From NCBI GenBank assembly GCA_050953065.1, contig JBMNLZ010000002.1:125906-189905 (forward strand): a stretch of DNA of 64,000 nt, in the 5' to 3' direction. This document shows positions 41,647-52,203 of the stretch, in pieces. The DNA comes from Bacilli bacterium (GTDB lineage: Bacteria; Bacillota_I; Bacilli_A; ML615J-28; CAG-698). Position 1 is the stretch's first letter, and each line of letters starts with the position of its first letter. The notes under the pieces are model-generated. The model was not told the origin of the DNA. It worked only from the letters and a program-made list of their open reading frames with translations, and ran no database searches. The position numbers were made by a program, and so were the translations under genes.

Positions 41647-42744
41647 ATGAGCGCTTTCATTTTAGAAAAAATAGATAAGAATTTTAAAGATAGTAAGTTT
41701 ATTGATAGTAATCTTGATTGGTATGATGTCTTAAAAATGAAAGATTACGTAAAGGGACTATATTGGTTTAAAACTAATAATAGTTTTTCAAGGCTAGATG
41801 ATAATTTAGAAGTAAGAGATAATCTAAAGGTTTTATCTTTAATGCCAAGTGGAGGATATCTTGAGTTTGAAAGTGATACTGATGAGATATCTTTAGATGT
41901 TGAATTAGAGGATAGTTACTTCATGCCACATATGACTGCAATAGGTCAAGCGGGCTTTGATTTATATGCAAAGTTTGGTGAAAAGTTTATTTATTTAGCT
42001 AGTACTAAAACAAAAGAGATAAAATATCGATATAATCTTTATAAAAGTGATAAAAAAGAGTTAAGAACCTATAGAATTTATCTACCAATGTACATAAAAA
42101 TTTTAAGTTTAAGTTTAGGTTTAGGTAAGGATGGTATAATAAGAGGTACATCGGAGAATAAAGGCGCATATATTGTGTGTTATGGAACTTCTATTACTCA
42201 AGGTGGATGTGCAACAAGACCTGGTATGAATTATACAAGCATCTTAGAAAGGCATATTGATTATAGAGTTTTAAATTTTGGCTTTTCTGGGAATGCTCAT
42301 TTAGATAGTGTAATAGCTAAAGAAATTGTAAAAATTAATCCTGAAATAGTTATAATAGAGGCTATTGCAAATTGTTTAGGTAAAGATTTCTTTGAAGAAA
42401 ATTTGAAAGAATTTATAAAAATTGTTTCAAGAAAAGCCAGTGTTATTGTTACTAGTTATTTTCCAAGTTCTAGTGCTTTAATTGATATTAATAAAGATAA
42501 GTTAATTAAAGAAAGCACTAAAATTGTTAAAAAAGTTATCAAAGAAATTAATAATGAGAATGTGTATTTTTTAGATGGTTTTGAAATATTAAAAGAACTA
42601 GACTATGAAGAAACAGTAGATGGCATACATCTAACTGATTTAGGCTTTTATTTCTTAGCTATGAAGTTAAGAGACAAAATAAAAAAAATAAAACGTGAGG
42701 TGGAAAGAAAAAAATGTTTAAGCAAAAAAGATTTTTCGTATTAG
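41647..42744 (+). CDS. SGNH/GDSL-type hydrolase (esterase/acylhydrolase) with an N-terminal extra domain
   Basis: Block I GTSITQGG (Ser nucleophile) and later DGIH; track start 41629 is a TTG inside a TATAAT box, so ATG 41647 is preferred. Confidence 0.6.
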   Translation: MSAFILEKIDKNFKDSKFIDSNLDWYDVLKMKDYVKGLYWFKTNNSFSRLDDNLEVRDNLKVLSLMPSGGYLEFESDTDEISLDVELEDSYFMPHMTAIGQAGFDLYAKFGEKFIYLASTKTKEIKYRYNLYKSDKKELRTYRIYLPMYIKILSLSLGLGKDGIIRGTSENKGAYIVCYGTSITQGGCATRPGMNYTSILERHIDYRVLNFGFSGNAHLDSVIAKEIVKINPEIVIIEAIANCLGKDFFEENLKEFIKIVSRKASVIVTSYFPSSSALIDINKDKLIKESTKIVKKVIKEINNENVYFLDGFEILKELDYEETVDGIHLTDLGFYFLAMKLRDKIKKIKREVERKKCLSKKDFSY

Positions 42745-45419
42745 TATTCATGTTATTGGTGGGCTTACTATTAGTGGCTTGTGATAAGCCAGTTGCTGTT
42801 GGCCCTGGAATCAGCTTTGTTGATGGTGAAATTACTATGGAAGTTGGAGCAGAAATTAATCTAAGCTCTAGTTTAACTCTAACTGGTATTGATAATATTA
42901 GTTTGATTACTTTTACAACAACTAAACCTGGTTTAATTCAAATTAGCGGTACAACAATTAAAGCTCTTGCTGCAGGTAATGGAACAGTTACAGCTGCTCT
43001 AGCAAGTGATAGTAGTATATCAGATACTGTAATTGTTAGAATAACTGCAGGTTCAAACACTTTAAGTGCTTTAGAAGTTAGTGCAGTTGATACGTTCTTA
43101 GGAATAGGTGGAAGTGCAATGTTATCAGTTACTCCAACTCCTGCTACTGCATCAAATGCAGTTACATGGAGTAGTAGTGATAATACAGTTGCTACAGTTT
43201 CTGCAACAGGATTAGTTAATGCTGTTGGATTAGGTGCAGCTACAATTACTGCAACTTCAAGTGTTTCTAGTTCAATCACTGGTTCAATTAATATTTATGT
43301 AAATGAAGCAAGTGAACCTGGTGAAATTACAATTAATGGTAATTCATCAGTTGCTGCTGGTAGTTCTACTCAATTAATGGCAGCATTTGAAAATACTTAT
43401 TATTCTAGTGTTACTTGGACTTCAGCAAACAATGCAATTGCAACTGTTAGTGCTAGTGGCGTTGTTACTGGTGTAACTCAAGGTAGTGTAATTATTACAG
43501 CAATGGCAGGGCCTGCTAATGAATATACAAAAACTATTACAATTACAGTAACTGCTGGAACTGGTGCTCCTACAATTAATATTACTGGAAATAGTAGTGT
43601 TCAAGTAGGTGCGACTGCTCAATTAACTGCTCAAGTAAATGGTGGAGCAGGAAATGTTCTTTGGTCATCTAGCGATAATGAAAAAGCTACAGTTTCAACA
43701 ACTGGGCTTGTAACTGGTATTGAAGCTGGTCCAGTAGTAATTACTGCGACTTTAGCAACAAATCCAAGTGTTACAGCAACATTTAATATAACTGTAATTG
43801 CTGGTGGGTCTGCGACTATTTCTATTTCAGGATCTACTTCAGTTAATAAAAATTCAACAATCTCATTGACTGCTAGTGCATCTGTAAATGGTACTCCTGT
43901 AAGTGGTACTATTCAATGGAGTTCAAGTGATGTTAATATAGCAATCGTTAATAATGGTCAAGTTTATGGTGTTGAAGCAGGTACTGCAATTATTACAGCT
44001 GCTTTAGCAGATAATACAAGTGTTTACTCAACTATTAGTATTCAAGTTATTGATCCAAACTCTGGTGGTGGTGGTGGAGATGAACCTACTTCACTTGCTA
44101 TTACTGGTGTAAGTGGTGTTAACGTTGGTTCAACTCTTCAATTAGGTTATACTATTACTCCGACTCCAAGTGGAGCGGTTACTATTGAATGGGTTTCAAG
44201 CAACTCATTAATCGCAAGCGTTTCTGCTACTGGTCTTGTTACTGGTGTATCAGTAGGTACTGCTGTTATTTATGCAACTATTGAAGGAACTTCAGTTACT
44301 GGTACTGCAAATATTAGTGTAACTAATCCTCCTGCTGATCCTACTATTCAAGCATCAGCATCAAATTCAACAATCGTAGTTGGTGGATATACTCAAATTA
44401 GTGCGACAACTGATCCAGCTGGTGCGGATGTTCAATATACATCTGATAATACAAGTATAGCTACAGTTGATCAAACTGGTAAAGTTACAGGTGTTGCTGC
44501 TGGTAACGCAGTAATCACTGTTTCATTAGTAAGTAACTCTGCAATTAAAGCTACTGTTGCAATTAAGGTTGACCCTGCTCCTGCAACTTCAATTACACTT
44601 ACTTTAAGATTAGAAGATATGAGCAATAATCCTGTTGCTTATGCATTAATCGGTGGAGCTGATACTCAAGTAACAATTACTAATATCGCTCAAACAGGTT
44701 CTTCTACAAGATATGACTTTGACTGGTCAAGTAGTGCAACAAATATAGCAACAATTTCTAGTGCTGGTACAATTACTCCAGTTGCTGCTGGTAAGACAAC
44801 AATTACAGCTGAATTGAAGTCAAATCCTCAAACAAAAGGATCTGTAGAAATTCAAATTTTAGCAACACCGCCTGCAACATTAACTTTAACTGCAACTAAG
44901 ACAAGCTTTGCAGTTGGTGAAACTTCTCAAGTTAGTGTAACTGGTGGAACTGCAGCGACATTCAGTCTTCCAGAAGGCGATGAATGGAAAGCATCAATTG
45001 ATGCAAGTACTGGACTTGTTACAGCTAAAGCTCCTTCAATAGTTGTAGTTACTGCAACTTCTACAGCTGATCCATTAGTTAAGGGTACTATTACTTTAAC
45101 AATCACAGCTGCTGCTGGTGCCTTAAATGTTAAGGTATATCAAAGCAGTGCTCAAGGTGGATCTACTGGTACAAGTTTAACTGAAATTTCTAAGGCAGCT
45201 GCTGATGGCGGTGGAGCTGGATATTATCAAGTTTATGTTTATGACTCAAGTGGTGTTGCAATCAGCCGTACAGCATGTACATTCACTACTACTGATGGTA
45301 ATGTTTGTACAGTAAGTATTTATGGTTCAATTACTGCAGTAGCAATTGGTGGTCCAGTAACAATCAAAGCTGTTTATGGTAGCCAAGAAGGAACTGTAAC
45401 TATTTCAGTTGTAGCGTAA
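42714..45419 (+). CDS. Large surface lipoprotein with multiple Ig-like (Big_2) repeats
   Basis: Lipobox LVAC; about 10 tandem 80-90 aa Ser/Thr/Ala/Gly-rich modules (e.g. WSSSDNxxATVSxTGLVTGVxxG). Confidence 0.7.
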   Translation: MFKQKRFFVLVFMLLVGLLLVACDKPVAVGPGISFVDGEITMEVGAEINLSSSLTLTGIDNISLITFTTTKPGLIQISGTTIKALAAGNGTVTAALASDSSISDTVIVRITAGSNTLSALEVSAVDTFLGIGGSAMLSVTPTPATASNAVTWSSSDNTVATVSATGLVNAVGLGAATITATSSVSSSITGSINIYVNEASEPGEITINGNSSVAAGSSTQLMAAFENTYYSSVTWTSANNAIATVSASGVVTGVTQGSVIITAMAGPANEYTKTITITVTAGTGAPTINITGNSSVQVGATAQLTAQVNGGAGNVLWSSSDNEKATVSTTGLVTGIEAGPVVITATLATNPSVTATFNITVIAGGSATISISGSTSVNKNSTISLTASASVNGTPVSGTIQWSSSDVNIAIVNNGQVYGVEAGTAIITAALADNTSVYSTISIQVIDPNSGGGGGDEPTSLAITGVSGVNVGSTLQLGYTITPTPSGAVTIEWVSSNSLIASVSATGLVTGVSVGTAVIYATIEGTSVTGTANISVTNPPADPTIQASASNSTIVVGGYTQISATTDPAGADVQYTSDNTSIATVDQTGKVTGVAAGNAVITVSLVSNSAIKATVAIKVDPAPATSITLTLRLEDMSNNPVAYALIGGADTQVTITNIAQTGSSTRYDFDWSSSATNIATISSAGTITPVAAGKTTITAELKSNPQTKGSVEIQILATPPATLTLTATKTSFAVGETSQVSVTGGTAATFSLPEGDEWKASIDASTGLVTAKAPSIVVVTATSTADPLVKGTITLTITAAAGALNVKVYQSSAQGGSTGTSLTEISKAAADGGGAGYYQVYVYDSSGVAISRTACTFTTTDGNVCTVSIYGSITAVAIGGPVTIKAVYGSQEGTVTISVVA

Positions 45420-45437
45420 GCTAATTAAAAATAAATT

Positions 45438-45476
45438 TAGGTATCTATTTTAAAAAATAGATACCTATTTTTTTAT
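45438..45476 (+). terminator. Rho-independent terminator after the Big_2 lipoprotein gene
   Basis: Stem AGGTATCTATTT / AAATAGATACCT followed by a T-run. Confidence 0.75.
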
Positions 45477-45531
45477 TGAATAAAAAGATTAATGATAGTA
45501 TAATTTATAATTGGATGGAGTAATAAAAATT

Positions 45532-46398
45532 ATGGATTATTATACAATAGATTTTGAAACTGCGAACTCTTCATTAACTAGTGCTTGTAGTATTGGGATT
45601 GTTGGAGTAAAAAATGGAGTTATTAAATTAGAAGAATATTATTTAATAAATCCTGAAGAAGAGTTTTGTGAGCAAAATATTTTAATACATAATATTAAAG
45701 AAAATGATGTAAAAGATGCCCTAAAATTTAGTGAAGTTTGGAAGAAAATAAAACATTATTTTACTGAAACATATGTTTTTGCACATAATGCACATTTTGA
45801 TATCAGTGTCTTAAAAGCATGTCTTGAAAAATATAATCTTGAAAAACCAAGTTTTAATTTTGGGTGTACTGTAAGAATTGCTCAAAAACTTTGGAAAGAA
45901 GAATTGCCTAATGTTAAGCTTCAAACTATTTCAAGATATTTAAACTTAAATCACAATCACCATAATGCATTAAGTGATGCATATGTTTGTGCTGAGATTG
46001 TAATTTTGGCTGAAAGGATACATTCAGTAGCAACCCATACTGAATTATATGAAGCGCTAGGACTTTCTTTTGGAGTTTTAAATAAAGAGAAGTTTTTAAA
46101 TACTACCAGTAAATATAAAAATAAAATTAAACCAAAAGTTAATAATAAAGCATTAAAAGAAAAAGTAATTGTAATTTCTGGAAAACCTAAAAATTTAACT
46201 AGGAAATCATTGATTGAAAAATTATTAATTAATGGGGCATATATTGATAAAAACATTAATCGAAGAACTGATTATTTTGTTGAATTAGATAATTGTGTAA
46301 AAACACTAAAAGATAAAGCTTTAAGGATGAAAGAAGAAAGTCATTTAGAAATTATCGATGAAGCTAAACTTTTAAGACTATTGGAGATAGAATGTTAA
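45532..46398 (+). CDS. DnaQ-like 3'-5' exonuclease (DEDDh) fused to a C-terminal BRCT-like domain
   Basis: Exo motifs IDFETAN, FAHNAHFD, HNALSDA; C-terminal KVIVISGKPKNLTRKSL; start adjusted to ATG 45532. Confidence 0.7.
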   Translation: MDYYTIDFETANSSLTSACSIGIVGVKNGVIKLEEYYLINPEEEFCEQNILIHNIKENDVKDALKFSEVWKKIKHYFTETYVFAHNAHFDISVLKACLEKYNLEKPSFNFGCTVRIAQKLWKEELPNVKLQTISRYLNLNHNHHNALSDAYVCAEIVILAERIHSVATHTELYEALGLSFGVLNKEKFLNTTSKYKNKIKPKVNNKALKEKVIVISGKPKNLTRKSLIEKLLINGAYIDKNINRRTDYFVELDNCVKTLKDKALRMKEESHLEIIDEAKLLRLLEIEC

Positions 46399-47234
46399 GA
46401 TATGAAATAGATAGTGTGTTTTTAGGTTTAACAATAGCTGAATTTTTTGAAAAGTTTCATCTTTCAAAAAAGTTAATTTATTTATTAAAAGTAAATAAAG
46501 ATGTTTTTGTTAATTGCGAAAACAAGAATTTTGATTATTGTTTAAAACTAGGTGATATTTTAGAAATCGATGAAACAAAATATGAGTTTAATAATTGTGT
46601 TCCTTGGAAAAATTCTTTAGATATTGTTTATGAAGATGAGGATATCTTAATCGTTAATAAACCAGTTAATATGTTAGTTCATCCTGATGGGAATACTGAT
46701 TTTACTTTAAACAATATTGTTAGTTTTTATTACCAAACAATTGGTTTAGATAGAATGCCAAGACATATTCATAGACTTGATTTTCAAACTAGCGGAATTG
46801 TAGTATATGCTAAAAGTTTTTTAGTTAGTAGTAATTTATCTTGGCAGTTAGAAAATGGTTTAATAGAAAAGACGTATTTGGCTTTAGTTGAAAATTTCAA
46901 AGGAGATTATTTAGAGATTAATTCTAAGATTGCAAGAGATAGACATACTAATAATAAATATATGATTTCAAAAAAAGGTAAAGATGCAATAAGTATTGTA
47001 AAAAAGATAGAAGAAATAAATAAAAAACCTCTTTTAGAAGTAAAGATAATAACTGGAAGAACTCATCAGATTAGAGTTCACTTAGCATCAGTGGGTTCTC
47101 CCATTATAGGTGATAATATATATGGTGGTAAAATATCTAAAGAGATGTTTTTGCATCATTACAAAATATCTTTTATTCATCCTAGAAGTTTAGTAAGAGC
47201 AGAATATGTTTGTAAGAAGGAATTTAAATGTTAG
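46392..47234 (+). CDS. RluA-family pseudouridine synthase
   Basis: Catalytic motif HRLDFQTSG; C-terminal HQIRVH motif. Confidence 0.8.
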   Translation: MLRYEIDSVFLGLTIAEFFEKFHLSKKLIYLLKVNKDVFVNCENKNFDYCLKLGDILEIDETKYEFNNCVPWKNSLDIVYEDEDILIVNKPVNMLVHPDGNTDFTLNNIVSFYYQTIGLDRMPRHIHRLDFQTSGIVVYAKSFLVSSNLSWQLENGLIEKTYLALVENFKGDYLEINSKIARDRHTNNKYMISKKGKDAISIVKKIEEINKKPLLEVKIITGRTHQIRVHLASVGSPIIGDNIYGGKISKEMFLHHYKISFIHPRSLVRAEYVCKKEFKC

Positions 47235-47767
47235 ATAAAGTTTTAGAATTTCAAAGAATTAAAATAAAAGAAGTTTTAACCAAAGCTGATGTTGCAATTG
47301 ATGCAACATGTGGAAATGGTTTTGATACGCATTTTTTAGCAGACCTTGCTAAGAAAGTATATGCATTTGATATCCAAGAAGAAGCATTTAATAATACTAA
47401 AGAAAAGTTAAAGGATTATAAGAACGTATGTTTTTGTAAAACTTCACATGAGAATATTAAAGACTATGTTAAAGAAGAAATCAAAGTTTGTATGTTTAAT
47501 TTAGGGTTTTTACCAAAAGGAGATAAGAATATTACTACTAAAGCAGAAACTACTTTAATTGCCTTAAAGCAAACACTTGCTTTATTAAAAAAACAAGGTA
47601 TAATAACTTTGGTATGTTATGAAGGACATCCTGAAGGGGAAAAAGAAAGCATAGTTATTCAAAGCTTTCTTAAGACTTTAAACCAAAAAGAGTTTCAAGT
47701 TTTAAAATATGAATTCATTAATCAAGTTAATTATCCACCGTATTTATTGATTATTGAAAAAATATAG
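47228..47767 (+). CDS. Class I SAM-dependent methyltransferase (putative rRNA methylase, YtqB-like)
   Basis: SAM-binding motif IDATCGNGFDT; about 180 aa; follows the pseudouridine synthase. Confidence 0.6.
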   Translation: MLDKVLEFQRIKIKEVLTKADVAIDATCGNGFDTHFLADLAKKVYAFDIQEEAFNNTKEKLKDYKNVCFCKTSHENIKDYVKEEIKVCMFNLGFLPKGDKNITTKAETTLIALKQTLALLKKQGIITLVCYEGHPEGEKESIVIQSFLKTLNQKEFQVLKYEFINQVNYPPYLLIIEKI

Positions 47768-47782
47768 TAAGGGAGAATAAAA

Positions 47783-48985
47783 TTGGGAAATAAAAAAATA
47801 TCTTCGGTGCAATTTGTGGATGTATATTTTCCGGTAATAGATGGGGTTGTAAGAGTAGTAGACAATTATGCTAGTACTTTTACAAAAATGGGAAATGAGT
47901 GTCGTGTTGTTGCTCCTAGAATGAAAGGTTATACGGATAAAAGTATCTATGAGGTTTTAAGAGTCTCTAGTTTTAGGCTACCTGGTTTTGGATATAATAT
48001 CCCTGCACCAAATATAAAGGGGCGAAAAATAAAAAGATATCTAAAAGAACACAAGTTTGATATCTATCATTTACATTCACCTTTTACAGTTGGAAAATTT
48101 GCGATTAAAATGGCACGGAAAAATAAAGTTCCGGTTGTAGCACACTTTCATTCTAAGTATTATGATGATTTTTTAAATATTACTAAAAGTAAAGTTATTT
48201 CTAAGTTATTAGTAAAGATAATTTTAAGAACTTATAATAAAGCAGATGCTGTTTGGACTGTTAATGAAAGCTCAGCTAATACTTTAAGAGAATATGGTTT
48301 TAAAAAAGAAATTACAGTTGTTCCTAATGGGACTGAATTTGTAATACCTGAAAATATTTTAGAGTTAGAAGAAGAAGTATTAAAAAAGTATAACTTGAAA
48401 AAAGATGAGAATTTAATATTATATGTTGGCCAATTAATCTGGCAAAAAAATTTAAAGCTAATCTTTGATACTTTAAAGGTTTTAAAAGATGAAAGTTTTC
48501 CTTTTAAAATGTTAGTAGTAGGGGCTGGATATAATGAAAAAGCTATTAAGAAATACGCTAGTAATTTAGGGCTTGATGATATGGTTTTCTTTTTAGGAGG
48601 AATTACTAATAAAGAAGAATTGTCCGCAATTTATAGTGTAAGTGATTTGTTTTTCTTTCCATCACTTTATGATACGTTTTCTTTAGTGGTGCGGGAGGCT
48701 GCAGTTTTAAAGACTCCATCTCTTCTTTCAAAAGATTCAAATGCATGCGAAGGGATAACTAATAATGTAGATGGTTTTATCGAAGAAACAGATCCTAAAA
48801 AGATGGCTTTTAGAATTAAAGAAATATTAAAGGATAAAAAAACATTAATAGAAATTGGTGAAAAAGCTGCTTTAAACATACCGTTTAGATGGAATGATGT
48901 TATCAAAAGGGCAGAAAAAAACTATCAAGAAATCATTAATAAATATAAAAAAAGTAAAATAAAAAATAAAAGCAAAAAAAGTTAA
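47783..48985 (+). CDS. Glycosyltransferase family 4 (possible glycolipid synthase)
   Basis: GT-B fold size and a C-terminal E-x7-E-type region (FPSLYDTFSLVVREA); substrate not determinable. Confidence 0.6.
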   Translation: MGNKKISSVQFVDVYFPVIDGVVRVVDNYASTFTKMGNECRVVAPRMKGYTDKSIYEVLRVSSFRLPGFGYNIPAPNIKGRKIKRYLKEHKFDIYHLHSPFTVGKFAIKMARKNKVPVVAHFHSKYYDDFLNITKSKVISKLLVKIILRTYNKADAVWTVNESSANTLREYGFKKEITVVPNGTEFVIPENILELEEEVLKKYNLKKDENLILYVGQLIWQKNLKLIFDTLKVLKDESFPFKMLVVGAGYNEKAIKKYASNLGLDDMVFFLGGITNKEELSAIYSVSDLFFFPSLYDTFSLVVREAAVLKTPSLLSKDSNACEGITNNVDGFIEETDPKKMAFRIKEILKDKKTLIEIGEKAALNIPFRWNDVIKRAEKNYQEIINKYKKSKIKNKSKKS

Positions 48986-48993
48986 AATAATAC

Positions 48994-49022
48994 TTGCTTT
49001 TATTTTTTTTTGTTATATAATA
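48994..49022 (+). promoter_or_regulatory. S10 operon promoter (sigma-A type)
   Basis: TTGCTT, 17-nt spacer, TATAAT. Confidence 0.55.
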
Positions 49023-49147
49023 TACGAGGCTGTTTTTTAGGCGATGATATCCGAGGTTGCTGACACGCTCGGGAACGTTGTAGTGTGTTAGGGAATTTGG
49101 GTTTAGCCAAGCTACATTAAAAATGGATGCGAAAGGAGAAAAACAAA
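49023..49147 (+). promoter_or_regulatory. Structured 5' leader of the S10 ribosomal protein operon (candidate autoregulatory element)
   Basis: About 125-nt leader, GC-richer than surroundings, with hairpin CCGAGGTTGCTGACACGCTCGG. Confidence 0.4.
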
Positions 49148-49459
49148 ATGGCAAAACATGCTTTAAGAATTAGACTGATCTCATATGATCACCGCTTAAT
49201 TGATGAGGCGGCAAAAAAAATCGTAGAAGCGGCGAAAAGAACAGGTGCTACTGTATCTGGACCGATCCCTCTTCCAACAGAAAAGGAAGTTTTTACAGTT
49301 ATTCGTTCACCACATAAATATAAAGATAGTCGTGAACAATTTCAAAGAAAAACTCACAAAAGGCTTATTGACATTGTTAAGATGGAACCTAGTACTATTG
49401 ATACATTAGTACATTTAGAAATTCCAGCTGGTGTTGATATTAGTATAAGAAACAAATAA
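49148..49459 (+). CDS. rpsJ: 30S ribosomal protein S10
   Basis: [19 protein letters not shown]; SD AAAGGAGAA; start adjusted from track. Confidence 0.95.
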   Translation: MAKHALRIRLISYDHRLIDEAAKKIVEAAKRTGATVSGPIPLPTEKEVFTVIRSPHKYKDSREQFQRKTHKRLIDIVKMEPSTIDTLVHLEIPAGVDISIRNK

Positions 49460-49489
49460 GAAATGAGTAAAAATAGGAGGTGAACACTC

Positions 49490-50149
49490 ATGGCCAAAGG
49501 AATCTTAGGTAAAAAAATTGGTATGACACAAATTTTTTCTGAAGAAGGTAAACTAATACCTGTTACTGTAATTGATGTTACAGGGAATGTTGTTCTTCAA
49601 AAGAAAACAGTTGAAACAGATGGTTACCAAGCTGTTCAACTAGGCTTTAGCGATAAAAGAGAAAAATTAGCTAATAAGCCTGAAATGGGACATACTTCTA
49701 AAGCTAACACTACCCCTAAGCGCTTCGTTAAAGAAATACTTGGGGCTGAGATGCAGGCTTTCGAGGTAGGTCAAGAGGTAAAAGCAAATATATTTGCAAC
49801 TGGTGAAATCGTAGATGTTACTGGAACATCAAAAGGGAAAGGGTATCAAGGAGTTATTAAAAGACATAACTTTGCAAGAGGCCCTATGGCTCATGGTTCT
49901 GGATATCACAGAGGAACTGGTGGAATGGGTTCAATTGATTCTGCTAGAATTAAGAAAGGTAGAAAAATGCCTGGAAGAATGGGTGGAGAAACTAAAACCA
50001 TTCAAAATTTAGAAGTTGTTAAAATTGATTTAGAAAAAAATGTAATGCTTATTAAAGGTAATGTACCAGGAGCTAGAAACTCTTTTGTAATTATTTCAAA
50101 TGGAGTTAAAAAAGGCACTAGTACAGTTAATCCTGAAGCATTCGCATAG
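49490..50149 (+). CDS. rplC: 50S ribosomal protein L3
   Basis: Conserved L3 sequence; operon order. Confidence 0.95.
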   Translation: MAKGILGKKIGMTQIFSEEGKLIPVTVIDVTGNVVLQKKTVETDGYQAVQLGFSDKREKLANKPEMGHTSKANTTPKRFVKEILGAEMQAFEVGQEVKANIFATGEIVDVTGTSKGKGYQGVIKRHNFARGPMAHGSGYHRGTGGMGSIDSARIKKGRKMPGRMGGETKTIQNLEVVKIDLEKNVMLIKGNVPGARNSFVIISNGVKKGTSTVNPEAFA

Positions 50150-50162
50150 GAAGGAGACTACA

Positions 50163-50786
50163 ATGCCAAAAGTTAAGGTTTTAAACCAAAGCGGTGCAGA
50201 AGTCGGGAAAATGAATTTAAGTGATGAAGTATTCGCAATCACTCCTAATATGCAATCTGTATACGATGTTGTATATGCTCAAAGAGCAGCTATGCGTCAA
50301 GGAACACATTCTACTAAAAATAGAGTAGATGTTAGAGGTGGTGGAGCTAAACCATGGCGTCAAAAAGGAACAGGACGTGCTCGTCAAGGTTCTAATAGAG
50401 CCCCTCAATGGCGTGGTGGTGGAGTTGTATTTGGCCCTGCACCAAGAAGTTATAATGTAAAGGTAAATAAAAAAGTTGTTCAATTAGCGCTTAAATCACT
50501 TTTATCAGATAGACTTGCTAATAACAAGCTAGTAGTTGTTGATAAAATTGAGTTAGAAAGTTTTAAAACAAAAGGTTTAGTTGAAGTATTAACTGCTTTA
50601 AATGCTAGCGGAAAAATCTTAGTTATTACAGAAGAAGAAGATTTTAATTTATCACAAGCTGGTAGAAATATACCTAATGTATATGTTCAAACAAAATCAC
50701 ATTTAAGTGTTTATGATTTGATTAATGCTGATATGTATATTGCTACTCAAGATGCAGTAAGTAAGTATGAGGAGGAATTGAAATAA
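50163..50786 (+). CDS. rplD: 50S ribosomal protein L4
   Basis: Conserved L4; start set at MPKVKVLNQ with SD GGAAGGAG. Confidence 0.95.
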   Translation: MPKVKVLNQSGAEVGKMNLSDEVFAITPNMQSVYDVVYAQRAAMRQGTHSTKNRVDVRGGGAKPWRQKGTGRARQGSNRAPQWRGGGVVFGPAPRSYNVKVNKKVVQLALKSLLSDRLANNKLVVVDKIELESFKTKGLVEVLTALNASGKILVITEEEDFNLSQAGRNIPNVYVQTKSHLSVYDLINADMYIATQDAVSKYEEELK

Positions 50787-51070
50787 TGAAAAATCCATAT
50801 GATGTAATTATTCGTCCTTTAGTTACTGAAAAAACTACAAAACTAGCTGAAGCACATAAGTATACTTTTGAAGTAAAACAAGGCGTAAATAAAATTGAAG
50901 TAAAACAAGCAATTGAAGAATTATTTAAAGTTAATGTGACTAAGGTTAATATTATTAATGTAAGAAAAAAAGAACGTAAAGTTGGTAAATATGCTGGCTT
51001 TCGTGCAGCTGTTAAAAAAGCTGTTATTACCTTAGCTGAAGGTCAAACACTAGATGTGTTTGAAGTATAG
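50786..51070 (+). CDS. rplW: 50S ribosomal protein L23
   Basis: Conserved L23; operon order. Confidence 0.95.
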   Translation: MKNPYDVIIRPLVTEKTTKLAEAHKYTFEVKQGVNKIEVKQAIEELFKVNVTKVNIINVRKKERKVGKYAGFRAAVKKAVITLAEGQTLDVFEV

Positions 51071-51082
51071 GAGGTTTTAGTA

Positions 51083-51913
51083 ATGGGAATTAAAAAATAT
51101 AAACCAACGACGAATGGTCGCCGTGGTATGACAACTCTAGCAAATGAAGAAATAACATCTACAACTCCTGAGAAAAGCTTACTTGCTCCTTTATATAAAA
51201 AGGGTGGTAGAAATAATACTGGTAAAATTACTGTTCGCCATCATGGTGGTGGAAGTAAGAGAAAATATCGTATTATTGATTTCAAAAGAGATAAAGATGA
51301 TATTATCGGAAGAGTTGCAACTATTGAATATGATCCAAATAGATCTGCCAATATTGCACTAATCAATTATGCAGATGGTGAAAAACGTTATATCATTGCT
51401 CCTAAAGGAATTCAAGTTGGTCAAGAAATTATTTCTGGAGTAGATGTTGATATTAGAGTAGGAAATGCATTACCACTTGAAAAAATTCCAGTTGGTACGA
51501 CAATTCATAATATTGAAATGCATCCTGGTAAAGGTGGTCAAATAGCTAGATCTGCTGGAGCATATGCTCAAATTTTAGGCCGTGAAGGAAAATACGTACT
51601 TATACGTTTAACAAGCGGTGAAGTTAGAAAAATATTAAATACTTGTAAAGCAACGATTGGTGAAGTTGGAAATTCTGATCATGAATTAATCAATATTGGT
51701 AAAGCTGGAAGAACACGTCATATGGGAATTAGACCTACTGTACGTGGTTCTGTAATGAACCCAGTTGATCACCCACATGGTGGTGGTGAAGGTCGTACAC
51801 CGATTGGTCGTAAGGCTCCACTTACTCCTTGGGGTAAAATGGCTTTAGGATTAAAGACACGTGATAAGAATAAGAAATCAACAGATCTAATTGTACGCCG
51901 TCGTAAAGGCTAA
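51083..51913 (+). CDS. rplB: 50S ribosomal protein L2
   Basis: Conserved L2 ([24 protein letters not shown]). Confidence 0.97.
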   Translation: MGIKKYKPTTNGRRGMTTLANEEITSTTPEKSLLAPLYKKGGRNNTGKITVRHHGGGSKRKYRIIDFKRDKDDIIGRVATIEYDPNRSANIALINYADGEKRYIIAPKGIQVGQEIISGVDVDIRVGNALPLEKIPVGTTIHNIEMHPGKGGQIARSAGAYAQILGREGKYVLIRLTSGEVRKILNTCKATIGEVGNSDHELINIGKAGRTRHMGIRPTVRGSVMNPVDHPHGGGEGRTPIGRKAPLTPWGKMALGLKTRDKNKKSTDLIVRRRKG

Positions 51914-51929
51914 GAAAGGAGAAAAATAA

Positions 51930-52202
51930 ATGGCACGTAGTTTAAAAAAAGGACCATTTTGTGATGAACATTTAATGAAAAAAGTAGAAGCTCTAGCTTC
52001 AAGTAATAAAAAAGTTATCCAAACTTGGTCACGTAGATCAACAATTTTTCCCGAATTCGTAGGTTTTACTATTGCGGTATACAATGGTAAAGAACATGTT
52101 CCTGTGTATATAACTGAAGATATGGTTGGGCATAAATTAGGTGAATTTGCTCCAACAAGAACTTTTAGAGGACACGGAAAAGATAAGAAGGCAGGTAAAT
52201 AA
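51930..52202 (+). CDS. rpsS: 30S ribosomal protein S19
   Basis: Conserved S19 ([23 protein letters not shown]). Confidence 0.97.
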   Translation: MARSLKKGPFCDEHLMKKVEALASSNKKVIQTWSRRSTIFPEFVGFTIAVYNGKEHVPVYITEDMVGHKLGEFAPTRTFRGHGKDKKAGK

Positions 52203-52203
52203 T

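Noticed and set aside
42714-45419. Internal amino-acid repeats of the Big_2 lipoprotein as a possible CRISPR-like or satellite DNA repeat
   Set aside because: The repeats are protein-domain repeats in one long ORF with divergent nucleotide sequence, not short identical direct repeats with spacers.
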